Shown: positions 11,367 to 27,405 of the stretch, one piece after another
Numbering within the stretch: position 1 is the first letter of the stretch
Layout: the number at the start of each line of letters is the position of its first letter
From: Spirogloea muscicola
Taxonomy: Eukaryota
Direction of reading: 5' to 3'
NCBI GenBank assembly: GCA_009602725.1
Contig: WELB01000010.1
Location: 332,684-377,732, forward strand
Length of the DNA: 45,049 nt
Position numbers and translations under genes: made by a program
The notes under the pieces: generated by a model
What the model was told of the DNA's origin: nothing
The model's database searches: none
The model's input: the letters and a program-made list of their open reading frames with translations, nothing else

Positions 11367-14300
11367 ATGGCTACTCCGCAGCCGCAGCCTGCCAGCCCAA
11401 GGCTGGAGCGCCACCTTGCCGACCTTGACGACTCAGTGCGCGGCGTGGACGCCCTGCTGTATCTCCGGAAGTACATGGGGAGCATGGACCTTGACAAAGT
11501 GCCCAGGTGAGCCTCGACACGCCCAGCTGGAGTCACCACAAAGGCGCCTTGGGCCCCAGTGGAGGAGCTCACAGCTCCCCGAGTGTCTTGAGACGAGCGT
11601 TGCTCACCGAGCTCAGTGCCGCGGTCGCCTCTGCAGCTTCCTGCAGCAGCTGGAAGACCGCCCGAGCATTGAGGGGGCTCCTCGGCAGCACCTCGCTTGT
11701 GTGTTGCCCTGTCCCACTCCTGGCCAGGTGCTAGCGACGCTGCGCCCTCTGCCTCAGCCAGTCGCTGCAACTGGTTGCCTCTTACGCCCCTGCCGCTGGG
11801 GCGGTTGCCAGCTCTGGAGCTGATTGAGGACTTGGCCCGCCAGCACGGGCCTGCGGTCTCACCGCACGTGCCCAAGCTCATGACCTCGCTCCTGCGCAAG
11901 CTTGCCTCTCCCTCCAGCACACCTAAGGTGATCAAGGTTGCATACCCAACTCGGCACATGATAGCACTCTGCCTGGGAGCACTACATTTGTGCATGCCCT
12001 CCAGAGGGGTGGATAGTCACCAGCAACTGACACTCCCCTTCTGTGGCTCTGCTGTTTGCCTCCATACAGGATCAAGAGGCGACGGCTGGGGCGGTTGTCA
12101 GGCTTGCTGAGGAAGCTGCCGGCGGAGATGCTGCCCACGGCGCAGCCGTCATGGTGGACATCTGCAAGCCGCTCGCTGCTTCCCTTAATTCCAGGTCCGC
12201 AATCAGCATAGGCTTCTCTGAGACAAAGGTCAACTCTGTTGGCAGGCCAGGCATTGATGACGAAGATCGGGAAGACCAAAAGAAACAAGGATCTTGGCCA
12301 TCCCACAGGCCAGTATGGGTTGCACCGGGAGCCTGCTTATGCAAGCACAGCAGTCTGCAGGTTTCTTTGCTCGCTGTCAAAGGTTAAGGTGCACTGCACC
12401 GTGGCACAGGCAGATGGTTCTGGCACCAGACTAGCATGTGTGTAATACAGCAAGTCTGTATGTGAGCAAGGGCCTCGGGCATGTGCCATGCAATGCTGAC
12501 AAGCCATATTCCATGGGGCGCGCAGCACCAAGGGCGCGGGTTCAGCAAGGTGCCTGCGGGCCTTGACCCTGAGCAGCACATGGCCGATGACGAGTGGCGA
12601 CATTGTCGAGGAAGTCCTCAACGCCACTATATATGGTTGGCATGATACCCTCCAAGCTCCTCCTGCAATTAATCAATGTGCACTCCGCATCATCCATCAA
12701 GTGGACCGCAACATCATGGGGCGAAAGTCCTATCGGGTCAATTGAGGCCAAAATTGTCTTGCAGCGCTCGAAGCGCCGAATATGCGTGTTGAGCAGCTTC
12801 AATTGGCGCTTGCGCTGACGGATGCAAGCCCTCCGCACCTTCTACAGGTCCTCAACCTTTTTGCACTTGGGCACAAGCTTGCCGCCTGTCATGAGCACGC
12901 AGGCTTTTTAGGAGGTGCAACAAGCTGAAGGTCGCAGAAACATAGGAGTCTCATGTAAATATTTTGTGGTGGCAGAAGTATAGGACCCGGCTGTTGGATG
13001 CTGCGGAGGCCATGCTTGGGTGGGAGGGCGTGCCGGAGCTGCGTATTCACGCCATCAAGCTCCTGGAAGCTGTGCTGGCCGAGTGAGCTCTCCTGCGTTT
13101 GAGTGCCTCATGCAGAAACTGCAAGCTGCTGCAAACTAGTGCAGGAGGATGTTCTCTTTCCAGGCCTTGGCAGCAGAAGGGTGATGCACAGCTTTCTGGC
13201 CACAACCCACCCTCATGCGCCCATGGCACACGGAGTTGCTGCAGCTCTGAGGAGGGCAGCTTCAGGCAAGAGGTGGAGGCCCGCTGCAAGCCCTTGTCGT
13301 TGGTAGCCAAAGATGAACGTGTCCCAGAAGTCCAGAAAGCTGCAGTTGAGGCCCTGCAGGTATGTACCGCTTCCGTTGCTCAGCTGTGAGAAGGAAAGGA
13401 CAATCTGGGAGCAGGCAGTGCATTGATTGGGTGACAATGACTGCAGCAGAGTGCGCACAAGCAAAGCTATATTCTGTCAAACCCAGGAAAAGATTGCACC
13501 AGCGGAGCTGTCTTTGTCAAACCCAGGACTACGCTGTTTTCACAGACTCTCCGGGAGCTGCAGACCAACTGGAAGCCCAGAGGAGAGCGGATGGGCCAGG
13601 CCTGGCAGATACCACCTGAAGATGCACCTTCAGCAAGCCCTCCAGCAGACCGTGCTGCTACCACTGGCAGAGAAGAAGTGGAAAAGACTCAGTGTTGCAA
13701 TCTTGGTGGTGGAACCAACGAGGACGCTCAGCACCCAGAGTTAGAAGGAGCTGTGAGCAGGCACCACAGCAGCTCCGCAAAGGGTGCCCTTGGCTGCGAA
13801 GAAGGCACAGGTCAGCCCTCTGGAGCAGGTAGTGAACAGCACACATCGACGAGCAGCGCAACTCTTGACAAGCCCAACCCACGCGATGAAGATGGCACAT
13901 GGAGCCCAGGAACGAGGGAACATCTGCGCGAAGCCGATGAGGAGCATGTGAAGGCCATTCAGGAGCCGTTGGCAAGGTAGATTTGGGACTTTGGGTGCTG
14001 TCAAACGCAGGCCTCCCTCATCTGCTGGTGCCTGTGCTATAAAAGGTGTGTAGTTCAGCTAGGTAGCTCCCATGGCTTATGGTCTCTAAGGCAAGGAACG
14101 TGCTAATGGGGTAGTAGTGCCTCTGTTGGTGCAGGCGTCTGCCAGAAGCCTCACAAGTGGAAGACGTAAGTGGTCTCACAGACTTGATCTCCTCGCCAAG
14201 TTTCAGTGGACTGGCCGAAGAAGCCTGGCCTGAAGAAGCCTGTACACCTCCATCTGTGAAGTCCAAGGTCTGCAATTGCTCATTGTGTGATTCTGGACTC

Positions 14301-14962
14301 AGAAAGCATTGCAGTGTCCCTGTATTGTGTTGGCAAAATGGTCTAACAATGGTGTGCTTTGGCTATTTCAGAATGTCAGTCCGAGCATTGACAACGCACT
14401 TGAAGCGGAGACACCACGAGAGCTACTCAGGATGCTACAATCAGGGACACCAGATCAAACAGACGAGAATTTCACGCGGCCCCAAACGGGAACAGCTGAA
14501 GCAGCTGGTAGCGGGTATGCCACAGGAGTGCCCACCTTTGATCTGGGAGATAAAGTGGGAGATGGAGCGGGTGACGCCAACGCTGTGGATCCCATCAAAA
14601 CCGTGAGGGTCAAGAATACCAAGGCCGCAAAGGAGTCAGGGGGGCAGGTTGAGGACGAGTTTCTCCCGCTCTCGTCCCCGCCTAGGAGTGCCCAGATGGG
14701 CAGGGAGCAGACTCCATCCTTTGCAACTCTGTTAGAAGACGAAGAGGCCGTCGAGCAACGAGCTGCTGCTTGGCTTAACGAGGTAGCGGAGGATGACGAC
14801 GCTGAGGTACCCAAGACAGTGGTGGGGAGGCTGCTAAGGGGCATGGAAGCGGTGCTCAGCTGCTTCATTGCCGCAGCCCTTCTTGTCCCAGTGTCCATGC
14901 TTGTCGCAGCGGTGGCACGGTCAATGCAGCACCAACCGCTTCACATTCCAGTGCCCACTTGA
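11367..14962 (+). CDS. SINE1: SINE1/SINE2-like ARM-repeat plant KASH (outer nuclear envelope LINC) protein, multi-exon
   Basis: LERHLADLD..ALLYLRKYMGSMD..SFLQQL..SLELIEDLARQHGP..MTSLLRKLAS..DICKPLAASL..RCLRALTLSSTWPMTSGDIV aligns by eye with the Arabidopsis SINE1 N-terminal ARM region. The C-terminus is a TM helix (SCFIAAALLVPVSMLVAAVA) plus a short tail ending IPVPT*, the plant KASH signature. Confidence 0.8.
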
Positions 14963-16301
14963 AAGTGCAGGCTAGCTGCTCCACATGTGCTTTATGGAGA
15001 CCTAGCCTGTACCTCCGCAACCTTAGTTCTCCGTATCACTTGAAGCTCCACAAGCACATGGTAGTATACAAATCAGCGAATGGCTGGTACATGGTTTGCT
15101 GTATTTATGGCCCTTGGCAATCTGATGAATGCTAACTATGACTGAATTGCGAGAATCAAGGAGGCAGTTTGGCAAATATCTGTGGTGTGGTTCTTGCCAG
15201 CTTTGCAAACGTAGCATGTGTCTTTGACGCAAAGAAGCATGTACTGCTGCTCATTTCTTGTAAATTAGGCGAGTTATTTCAGCGTGGACTTAGTAGAAGG
15301 CAGTCAAAAAAATCCACGACCCACTGTGAAGCCCTTCTTATGTGAGCAGCCAAGCATCTGCACAGTGTTCATCTGAAAACGAAAAGGAGCAGTCTAGAAA
15401 GCGGAGCTAATGGGCGGTCAGCGAGTTGGAAGCAATCCAACTCGCTGAGGAGGAGCTTTCCAGGTGAGCACCCATGTTGTATCTCCACTTTGAGCTGTAT
15501 CAAAAGTCCGACGGCCTCAGAAACCTGTGTTGGTATAAGCTGTGTCGGGACCACTTATGAAATGCCCGGTATTATGTGCTCAGCTCAAGCGGGTGTGCTA
15601 GACATCCGGCACGCCAGAATCCCATTTCAGCCTCAAAATTATATTGCATCAAACCTTTCTAATACGGCTTCGGAGGCATGAGAATGTGGCTCAAGAGAGA
15701 ACAGGAGCGAGTTTACATGCACATCTTGAAAGCAATTGCTGGCTCAGATGAGCAGGGGGACACATTGAACTGAAGTGCTGCGTAGCACAACATGATATTA
15801 CCTCTGGTGCATCATCTCACTGGACCTGGTCCCTACCTCTGGCTACAACTTGGACTTCTTCAGTGAGCAGCCAACGCACCAAGGATCTATCACAGTTCTG
15901 CACAGATGTGTAGATGAAAGGCAGGAAGCAAGTGATGACGAAGTTGTACAGCTTCAACTGCGCCCAGGTTATGCGAAGAGATACAAAGCAGTGGCCTTGA
16001 TTGGACCTCCTCGATCACAAATAAATGAAAGTGCCAAGTAAGAGGAATGAATGTCAAAGGCACGAGGTACTGCAAGCAGAGACGAAGCTGCTGCCTTCGG
16101 CAGTCAGCAGACCTCTGAGCAACCGAGGAGTGTGTGCCAGCTATGGTCTAGCCTGAAGCCACTACGCAAGCGCTTTTAATTAAAGAAATCTAGAACACAA
16201 GAACTGGGGAGCAGAAGCGAGAGATTGGGTGGCCTTGACCTAATGTCGCCTTACCAGTAACGCCTGGCTGTCAAATAGCGTGGGGCAAGAATGGAGAGGA
16301 C

Positions 16302-18991
<2,690 letters not shown>

Positions 18992-19189
18992 NNNNNNNNN
19001 NNNNNNNNNNNNNNNNNNNNNNNNNNNNNNNNNNNNNNNNNNNNNNNNNNNNNNNNNNNNNNNNNNNNNNNNNNNNNNNNNNNNNNNNNNNNNNNNNNNN
19101 NNNNNNNNNNNNNNNNNNNNNNNNNNNNNNNNNNNNNNNNNNNNNNNNNNNNNNNNNNNNNNNNNNNNNNNNNNNNNNNNNNNNNNNNN
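18992..19189. other. Assembly gap (run of N)
   Basis: Ns in the sequence, flanked by very GC-rich G/C runs. Confidence 0.99.
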
Positions 19190-19689
19190 CCCCTCCTCCA
19201 GCCCTCCCTCCCCGCTCTCTGCCCAGTGCCTTACCGGGGCCCTCGCCCGCGGCCACCCCGCCGGCCCCCGTCAGGGAATGCCTGGCGGTAACGGAAAGGG
19301 AAGCGAAACCCCCGCTCCCCCGGCCCCCATCGGCCAGGACGGCGGGCCACTCCTCCGCCGCCGCGTGGCAGGGCCTGGCGCCCGCCGCCCGGCCGCCGGG
19401 TGGCAGCGGCCCCGACACGGCGGATAAGCGGCCAAGGCCGTGCCCGGCGCGGCACCTGTCCCCCCGCAGCACCTCGGCGGGCCCCGCGCCGGGCAGTTCC
19501 TGTATGTGCAACACTCCTTTGAGCTGGCCTCTCGCGGCCATCTCTTCTGATTGCCTTACAGTGAAAGCTGTTTCCTTTGCGCCCCGCTGCCGTCCCGCTT
19601 TCCTGGCCCGCCAGCCCCCGTCTCGCTTGCAGCCACTCCCGTTCAGAAAGTGAGCTCTTCCAAAGGGAACGGGAGGCTGTGAAATGCCA

Positions 19690-22600
19690 GCTCAGAAAAG
19701 TGTAGACAAGGTCCACAGTTCGCTTGACTTGCTTCACCGCCTTGCGCGGCGTGCAGCGGCCCGCCGCCTCGGGCAGCAGGGCGAGCAGCCCGGCTTCAAT
19801 GTCGCCGGGTCCCTCGCTCAAGTCTTCCGAATGCGTTTGGCCATCTCGATGCAGCGGTCCCTTGCCTTCGCGGTTCACATGCGCGCAGGCCGAGCTTTGG
19901 CGGCGGCCTCCGGCTTCCGTCAAGGCGACGTCTTTCCGCAGGCTTGCTACTCAGACTTGCGTCTCCTGACTAGAGCTTACTGAGCGTTCCCTGGCTGATG
20001 TCTTAGTCCTAGAAGAGGGAGAAGGCGCGCGGGGCGCATGAATTGAAAGGGAGGCCAATTCAAGCCAATACATTGTTCAGGCAGAGTCGAGTGCAGACTA
20101 AACAATGCTACATAATACGGAGACCTAATCTAAGGTACCTAAGATGACATTAGTACCCACGGGTGAGCACAAACAAATCTGACAAGCTAACTTGGGGAGC
20201 TGGAGCGCCGCCACGAAAGCCGGAGGCCTGACTTAGAGCGCGCCCTAGAAGAGAGTGCTCGCCCACTGAGGATAGGGGCTGGAAAAGCCAGCCCAAAAAA
20301 GAATGAACAGCAAACGAGAAGGGGGCCAGGGGAAGCGCTGAGAAAAACAAGCAAACTAAGAAACAAAGCAGCTACGAATCACTCAGTACCCCTGCTAAGC
20401 AGTCCTAGTCCTTCGCACTCCGGCTCCTTCAAACCTTGTCCATTCCTTTGGGCTGGCCTTTCCCAGCCACCAGTCAATCTGGCCGCGCTTTCTTGCGAAA
20501 GAAAGCGCGTCCAGAGCAGTAGCTGTGATAAAAGTGCTAGCCCATAGAGAAGAGGGGCTGAAAGAGAGAAGTGGCACTCCCACTGGAGAAAGTGCAATGG
20601 GGGCAAGGGCTGTGAAAAGCCAGCCCGAAAAAAGTTGACAAATGTTTGAAGAAGCCAAAAATGCTCAGCGGATTTGAGGTTCCTCACTCGTAACTACTGA
20701 GTGGTCCATCCTCCCTCCGTACTGCCGTGGCTTCTTCAGGCCCCTTCTTCTTGCCCCTTCGTAGCTGCTAAATACTTTTTGGCCCCTTCAAACTTTTGAC
20801 TTCTTTTTCGGGCTGGCTTTTCACAGCCCTTGCCCCCATTGGGAGTGCCACTTCTTCTTAGCAGCTACGAAGGGGCCTGAAGAAGCTATGTCAGAACGGG
20901 GGGAGGATGGACCACTCAGTGCTTACGAGTGAGAGCCTCAAATCCGACAGACTAGCTGCCGGAAAATTATCGCCCTGAAAGAGAGAAGGGCTCACCCATA
21001 GAGGATAGGGGCTGGAAAAGGATAGGGGCTGACAGAGAAGTGCTCGCCCATAGAGAAGACGGGCTGGCAGAGCCAGCCCAAAAAGAATGGACAATGTCTA
21101 AAGCCAAAGAAAGAGGAGCCGAAAAACGACTACACAAAAAAACACTGCAAAACATGTAGACGTTGCAGAGGGAAGCTCAGTACCCCCGACTGAGCAACAT
21201 TCAGGTCTGAGAAAGGCGCCAATTGCCTTGCAAGAGACTACAGCAAAGGGGAGCTTGGTAACAGAGAGAAGCTTGGTAACCCTTGCTCAGCAGCCGCAAG
21301 TTGGAATGAGATGCAGCTGGAAAGAGAGAGAGAGAAGAAGAAGGCTCGCCCATAAAGAAAGAGGGGCTGGCAAAGCCAGCCCAAAAAGAATGGACAATGT
21401 CCAAAGCCGAAGAATGAGAAGCCGAGGAAGGACTCCTCTACTCTACCAATCACGACAACATACTAGGGAAGCTCAGTACCCGCGAGTGAGCAACATCAGG
21501 TCCGAGTAGCTCGAGGCAGGGAAGGAGGCACTCCGCCGAGACCCGGAGCGCATGAAATAAAAGGGAGGCTGGAAAGAAGAAACAGCTCTTCCAAATCGAT
21601 GGCAGTGGCTGTGAGAGGCCAGCCCAAAGAAGTGGACAAGGTCGGACACGGCCGGAAGGCGCAAAAAGAGTTACCCCGACGAACCCAGAAGTAGCAGCCA
21701 AAGTGCGGTCTGCCCGCCTTCTCTTTCTTTGTCAATTTATGGCGACTTGTGTAGCTGTGATTGAAACGCTTGCAGGCCTTTTCGGACCTTGACCATCGTG
21801 TTATGGTCTAGCATTTCACAGCCGTCGACCCCAAAGAAGAGCTGCTTCTATGGTCTGCCAGGGGCGCTGCCCAGCTTCGACGCCGCCGGTCAGCGCCCCT
21901 GGCAGACCTTAGAAGCAGCTCTTTGCTCGCTTAAGTCTTCCGTATGCGCCTGGCGGTTTCGTTCCAACGCGTTCCCTGGCTGATGTCTTAGTCCTAGTCC
22001 TTCGCACTCCGGCTCCTTCAGACCTTGTCCATTCCTTTGGGCTGGCCTCTCCCAGCCACCAGTCAATCTGGCCGCGCTTTCTTTCTCTCGCCTACGCCGT
22101 CCACACGCGAGCAGGCCGTGCTCTGGCTGCTGCCTCTGGGTCTCGGCGGAGTGCCTCTTTCCCTGCAGCGAGCTATTCTTATTTGATGTTGCTCACTCGT
22201 GGGTACTGAGTTTCCCTCTGCATCGTCTTGTGTTTTGTAGTGCAGTCCTTTCTCGGCACCTTTTCCTTTTTCCATCTTTGGGCTTTGGACACAGTCCATT
22301 CTTTTTTGGGCTGGTTTTGCCCCTCGTCTCTTTGGGCGAGCACTTCTTCTGTGAAGAGCCAGCCCGTAATATTTTGCCAGCCCCTCTTCTCTATGGCGAG
22401 CACTTTCTTCTTTCTTCAATGGAGGAGAGCCTCGGCTACGGTGCTTCACCAAGTAGCCACTAGCTCTGCTGAGTAGTTTGCGCTTCCTGGCCTACATACT
22501 GTCCATACCTCTCTCATACTCCCTCTCATACTTCTCTCTTGTCCATTCTTTGTGGGCTGGCCTTCACAGTCGTCGTTTCCTTCGGAAGGGCTTCTCATTC

Positions 22601-25210
22601 TTCACTAAGTGGTCATTCATAGTGGCCACTTGTTGTGGTGTCAACTGTAGTTTCGCGTAGCCAGGAGCTTTTCCCGATGACCTTGTCCGTTCTCTTTATG
22701 GGTCAAAAAGCACAGTCTCTCTTTCGATTGGGTTGGCCTTTCACAGCCACCGCCCTCTCCCCCTGTTCTGACATCTAGCATCTTCAGGCCCCTTTGTAGC
22801 TGCTAAATGCTTGTAGGCCCCTCCGAACCTTTGTCAAATATTCTTGGGCTGGATCGTCGCAGCCCTTGCCCCCAATTGCAGTGCCACTTCTTCCTGATTC
22901 TTTCATCTCGTCTTACCTGATGCTAAGAATTTCCAAGTCGCGGTTCTTGACATGAAGCTACTGAGTGGCTCTCCTTATAGCCACTTCTTTTGCTGGATTG
23001 TTGTCCTGGGCTTGGTGGGGCATACCTCTAGAATCTATCCTTTCTGTTGAGCAGCTGCCCTTCCACAGCTACCACCCTCGTCTTTGAATTTGGACTTTCC
23101 CATCCTGCAGTTGGCCCTACTGCACCTTGATGGAGCCTGTCGGACAACGATTTGCAACAGCCCATCGACTGACCGCCTTGCATAATAAGTGGGTTGTCTG
23201 TCCTTCCTACTGGGCTGACCTCGCTCAGCCAGCGCCCATAGCCACTCAAACTGTCTTCTTTCGCCCAACACCGTCGATGTTGTCCTGGCTTCTCCCAGCC
23301 TCCATCTCCTGTGCAGAGCGCAAGCCTTGAAGCTTTGTGAGGCTCAAGCCGCTTGCTGTTCCTCCTACAAAGTGGCAGACATTGCGAGCTGGCCGCTCAC
23401 AGTTGCTGCCCCTTGCATCCACTTCTATCTTCACTACCTGCCACCACTGTCACGCTTGATATCCACCTCCATCCAACATCAGAAGCAAATACAAGCATAT
23501 AAACACATAGGCAGACTTCCTCATAGTATCTCATATACATGCAACGGCTATCCAGTGTAACCAGCCAGGCTCGGACATTTATTGACTTACGTGACTCACA
23601 GCTACTGCTATATCTGGGCGATGCTCCTAAGATGTTATGCATCAGAGTTTCCATTGCTTGTTTGCAGGGTATGGATATCATTTCCTTCTCCTCCTTTGTT
23701 TGTCTGTGGGCAATCATATTTTGTAAAGTGGACGCCTGTGTCTAGAGGTTTGGAGATCGGCGGCGGCTCCCCTCCCTCGGGCTGGCGATTAGAAGTCCCT
23801 ACCCACCTCCCGCGTAGAAGTGTAGTGTGATATCGGCCGCTCTGGCCGGAGCCGCTTGTCCCTCTTGCATAATACAGAATGCGGCTCTCACTTGGTTTGC
23901 AGCACTCGCAAGCATTGGCTCTTCATCAACGTGCAGGGCGCGCTCTAAGTCAGGCCTCCGGCTTTCGTGGCGGCGCTCCAGCTCCCCAAGTTAGCTTGTC
24001 GGATTTGTTTGTGCTCACCCCTGGGTACTGATGTCACCTTAGGCACCTTAGTTTAGGTCTCCGTATTATGTAGCCCAGTTTAGTTTGCCCTAGACTCTGC
24101 CTGAACGATGTATTGGCTTGAATTGGCCTCCATTTTCATGCGCCCCGCGCGCCTTCTCTCTTGTGGGTGTACAACCTGGCGGAGGCCCACGACCCTTGGT
24201 CGACGTGGTGGTGACGGAGGCGTACAAGAGTCCAGCATCGACACACATTGCTGGCCACGCAGTGGGAAGTGCAGAGCAGAGAAAGTTCCAACACTGCTCT
24301 CACCACCCCCGCAGTGATCACCTCCTACGAGCCGCAATTGACAACTTTGGCTGCATGGGTCCTCGCTTTTATACCCTAATTCAGAACGTGGCAATTCTAG
24401 GATATGCACCATGTGATGATATCGTCCAGCCCAGATGGGCATGCCGGCAGCATACTTGCATTCTTGCTGCGTCGTATGTCAGCCTGTTTGCAGCGAGCTC
24501 AGGCTCATGCTTTGCACCAGAAAGCTGGTCGAGCCTCAGCTGGTGGCACAAGGGCTTCTCGATTGCCGTCCATTATTCGGCATCAGTTAGCGACCTCTAT
24601 GTGCTGACTCGTGCTTAATGAGCGGGTCAGCTTATCAGCAGGTGTTGTACATCTGTCAATGTGCTTGCCTTTGTTCTTGGCCACATAGGCCCTCCATCAC
24701 TTTATACACACTCCAGTTTCCTCTTGCGGGAGCTCTCGCAACTACTTGATTGCTTACGTGTTTCAGCGCTTTTTGGACCCCTCGGACCCTCCTTCAAAAC
24801 ATTGCCAATCTAGGCTACACACGTCGTGCAGATGTGTTTCCGGCTGAGATGGGCTTGCCAGCTGCATATCTGTCTTTCTTGCGACAACGAGTTTCGGCCT
24901 GTTTGCAGCGTGCTCAGGCAAATGCCTTGCACCAGAAAGCTGGACGAGCTCTGGTTGGTGGTAGAAGGGCTTCGTATCTGACATCTAGTATTCAGGCATC
25001 GATCAGCGACCTTCATGTTGTGACCCGTGGTTACTGAGCGGGTCAATCTGCTGTAGTCTATAGATGTGCTTGCCTGTGTACTTGGCCATGTGGCCCTCGT
25101 TTGTTTCAAATACACCAGATTTCCGGACCTTGCCGACTCTTTTCGGGCTGGCTTTTCACAAGAAGAATGTGCTCGCCCATTTTCACAGCCCTCGCCCGTA
25201 TTGGATGTTT
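19690..25210. mobile_element. Island 2 of nested CRE-like 3' fragments (families A, B, C, D, E, F)
   Basis: ORF tails: B 19690-19983(+), A 20018-20243(-), E 20254-20400(-), several 20690-21560, 22090-22210(+), A 23865-24155(+), C 24161-24618(+) and C 24755-25037(+). More than 12 copies of the GGGCTGGC…CAGCC motif. Confidence 0.82.
24161..24720 (+). mobile_element. Family-C CRE-like 3' fragment (endonuclease region + 3' UTR)
   Basis: VGVQPGGGPRPLVDVVVTEAYKS…AEQRKFQH…AAIDNFGCMG…SDLYVLTRA*. Homologous to 42290-42861(-). Confidence 0.8.
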
Positions 25211-25418
25211 AATGTCCCGGCCGCTTCCGCTGGCTTGCTTGGGCCTCCCTCTCACTCCATGCGCACCGTGCGCCTTCCTTCCTAAATAACCTTAACCCCT
25301 TCTTTGCTGTTTTTTTCTTTGTTGTTCTTAAGCAGTGTACAGGCTTACTCTAGCTCCTCTTTCATTTCGTAAGCACCCCGCGCCTGCACATCCCGCGTCG
25401 CGGCCGCCGCCTTCAGCG

Positions 25419-26985
25419 ATGGCGCGCGGCGCGCTCGCCAGGCGCCTGGCGCGGGCCCTGCTCGCGACTGGCGAGGGCGGCGGCAACCGCTGCGGTTGCC
25501 GCGGCGCCGGCATCGGCGGCAGCAGCAGCGGCAGCTCACCTGGCTCCCGATGGCTGAGCTCCATGGCTTCTGCCAGCACCCGGAGCCGCCAGCACGCCTC
25601 TGCTCTGTCTCAGCAGCGATTGCTCTGGACCTCATTGGCGGCAGGTACGACAATGGTAGCCAGAAGCAGATACTCCGCTATTCTTAAGGATGGGAAAGCC
25701 TCAGTCACTGTAGCAGTGCCGTCGATGCGAGTCACAGGTCATAGATAAGGCATACTCGGGGGTGCTACGTGCGATAAGAGGCCTGTTGGACAATCAATTC
25801 CTCCATTGCCCCCTGTCATTGTGAGTGACTCACGTTGATGCAAATTTCAGAGGCTGCTGTTACCATATTGCAGGGGCCGTGCAGAGGTCAATGTTAGCTG
25901 GTCATGGCAACGTGCAACGAGGAGATAGGCACCACTTCTCCTCGGATATCAGCGAGTTACCCAATGTCGAGGACCCGGAAATTAGAAAGGCTCTTAGCCA
26001 GCTGCTTGCGGCTACATGGTCAGATATAGACGAGGCTACGCAGGCTCTGGTAGCAAAGGCACTTGCCAAGCACAGCAGGTATACATAAGCTTTAGAAGGC
26101 GGACATCTGTGCATTCAACGATGATGTTGTACCCGAAAGCTGCAGTGTCCATACTCTTGCTTGGTGTCCAAGTTTAAGAAGAAACTGTTCCTGTTTAAAG
26201 TCAGATAAGCTGAGCAGCCTTTGTGGATATTGCAGTGACGATCTTGGAAAGGAGGCTTTGGCATCAGCATGGAGATCTGCTGAGGCATCAGAAACGTTCA
26301 TAGAGAAGCTGGAACACATACGCTTGGAGCTGGATGAATTGAGCGGTGGCAAATTCGCTGGGGAGGTGTGGACCATGGACCTCAAGCCTAGCTGCAATGG
26401 CTGTCTTCACTGAATCTCCAAAATCGATTGTACTTTCCGCAGCAACTGAAAATTGCTTTTTTCTTTTGACTACCGTGCTTGGCTGCAGAATGTAGGCGCA
26501 ATGCCCTCACATCTTGATAAGGTGTTGTCAGCGGTGTTGAAGCGCTATAATGCCTACATAGAATCTTTCAGTGAGGAGGAGACATGGTTGAAGAAGAAGG
26601 CTGAGCAAGAGCTTGGAACTACAATGAATCACCTGAAGCAGCGATTCAATGGCATGGGGGCTGATTGGAGCAAGGTGAGTAGTTGTAGTGTGGACTTGCT
26701 TAGGTGTTGTTCCCTGTGGTCAGGCTCGTGTCTTGAACAGGTACTGATTAGCTCCAAAACACAGTGATGTACAGTGCATCTATGTGCCTGTTGAAGACAG
26801 TCAAAGTGCCTCTTGAAGTTGTGGATGTGTTACAATATGTTCATACCAATCCAGGTCCTGGCCATACACGCTTGTCAATGTTGTTGTGCCCTGCAGGAAA
26901 CTGACTCAGCATTGAGACTTGTGAACAGTTGAGTGTCTTGGGCACATCTGGACTTGCTGGCTCGTATGTTGAGCGAAGAACGTAG
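25419..26985 (+). CDS. SDH5: Plant-specific succinate dehydrogenase subunit 5, mitochondrial (exons 25419-25644, 25874-26078, 26236-26365, 26489-26674, 26929-26985)
   Basis: LPNVEDPEIRKA..AATW..DDLGKEAL..RSAEASE..RYNAYIESFSEEETWLKKKAEQELGTTMNHLKQR..WSKLSVLGTSGLAGSYVERR matches plant SDH5. The N-terminus is Arg/Ala-rich and presequence-like. Confidence 0.9.
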
Positions 26986-27405
26986 GCGTCTCCGATGGAG
27001 GTTGTAGTGGAGGTTACTCACCCAGCCCCAACTTGTGAATATTGTCATCGTTCTATTTCATGCCGGAATGTGAAAATCATCTTCAGTCCCCTAGGGTTCA
27101 CTTCGATATCCCCGCCGTGAGGTGTCACAAGCACATATCAGGGCAGGAAAATAAGGGCCCCACAGCAGTTTAGTAAGTCCAAGACGTGGGAACTAGAATC
27201 GTGCACATTGGTCAATTGGTACTTAATCCACTGCTGGCATGGCCGCCAGCTGAAGTCTTGAAGCATCTTCACCTTGTCCAGGCGTGAACCGGTACTATTA
27301 TGCCAGTTCACGCCTATAATCATGATGGACTACTAAGTGCATGATCTTGCTCCAATGTGAGCAATACAGAGAAGAAGATGTTTATACACAAAGCGGCCAA
27401 TCAGG

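Noticed and set aside
11367..14962. Calling the ARM protein TORTIFOLIA1/SPIRAL2
   Set aside because: The C-terminal TM helix plus VPT tail and the N-terminal similarity fit SINE1/2 better.
15300..16260. Possible extra gene between the SINE1-like gene and murA
   Set aside because: Only short ORFs without homology cues. Minus-strand splice-like signals fit murA 3' UTR introns at best.
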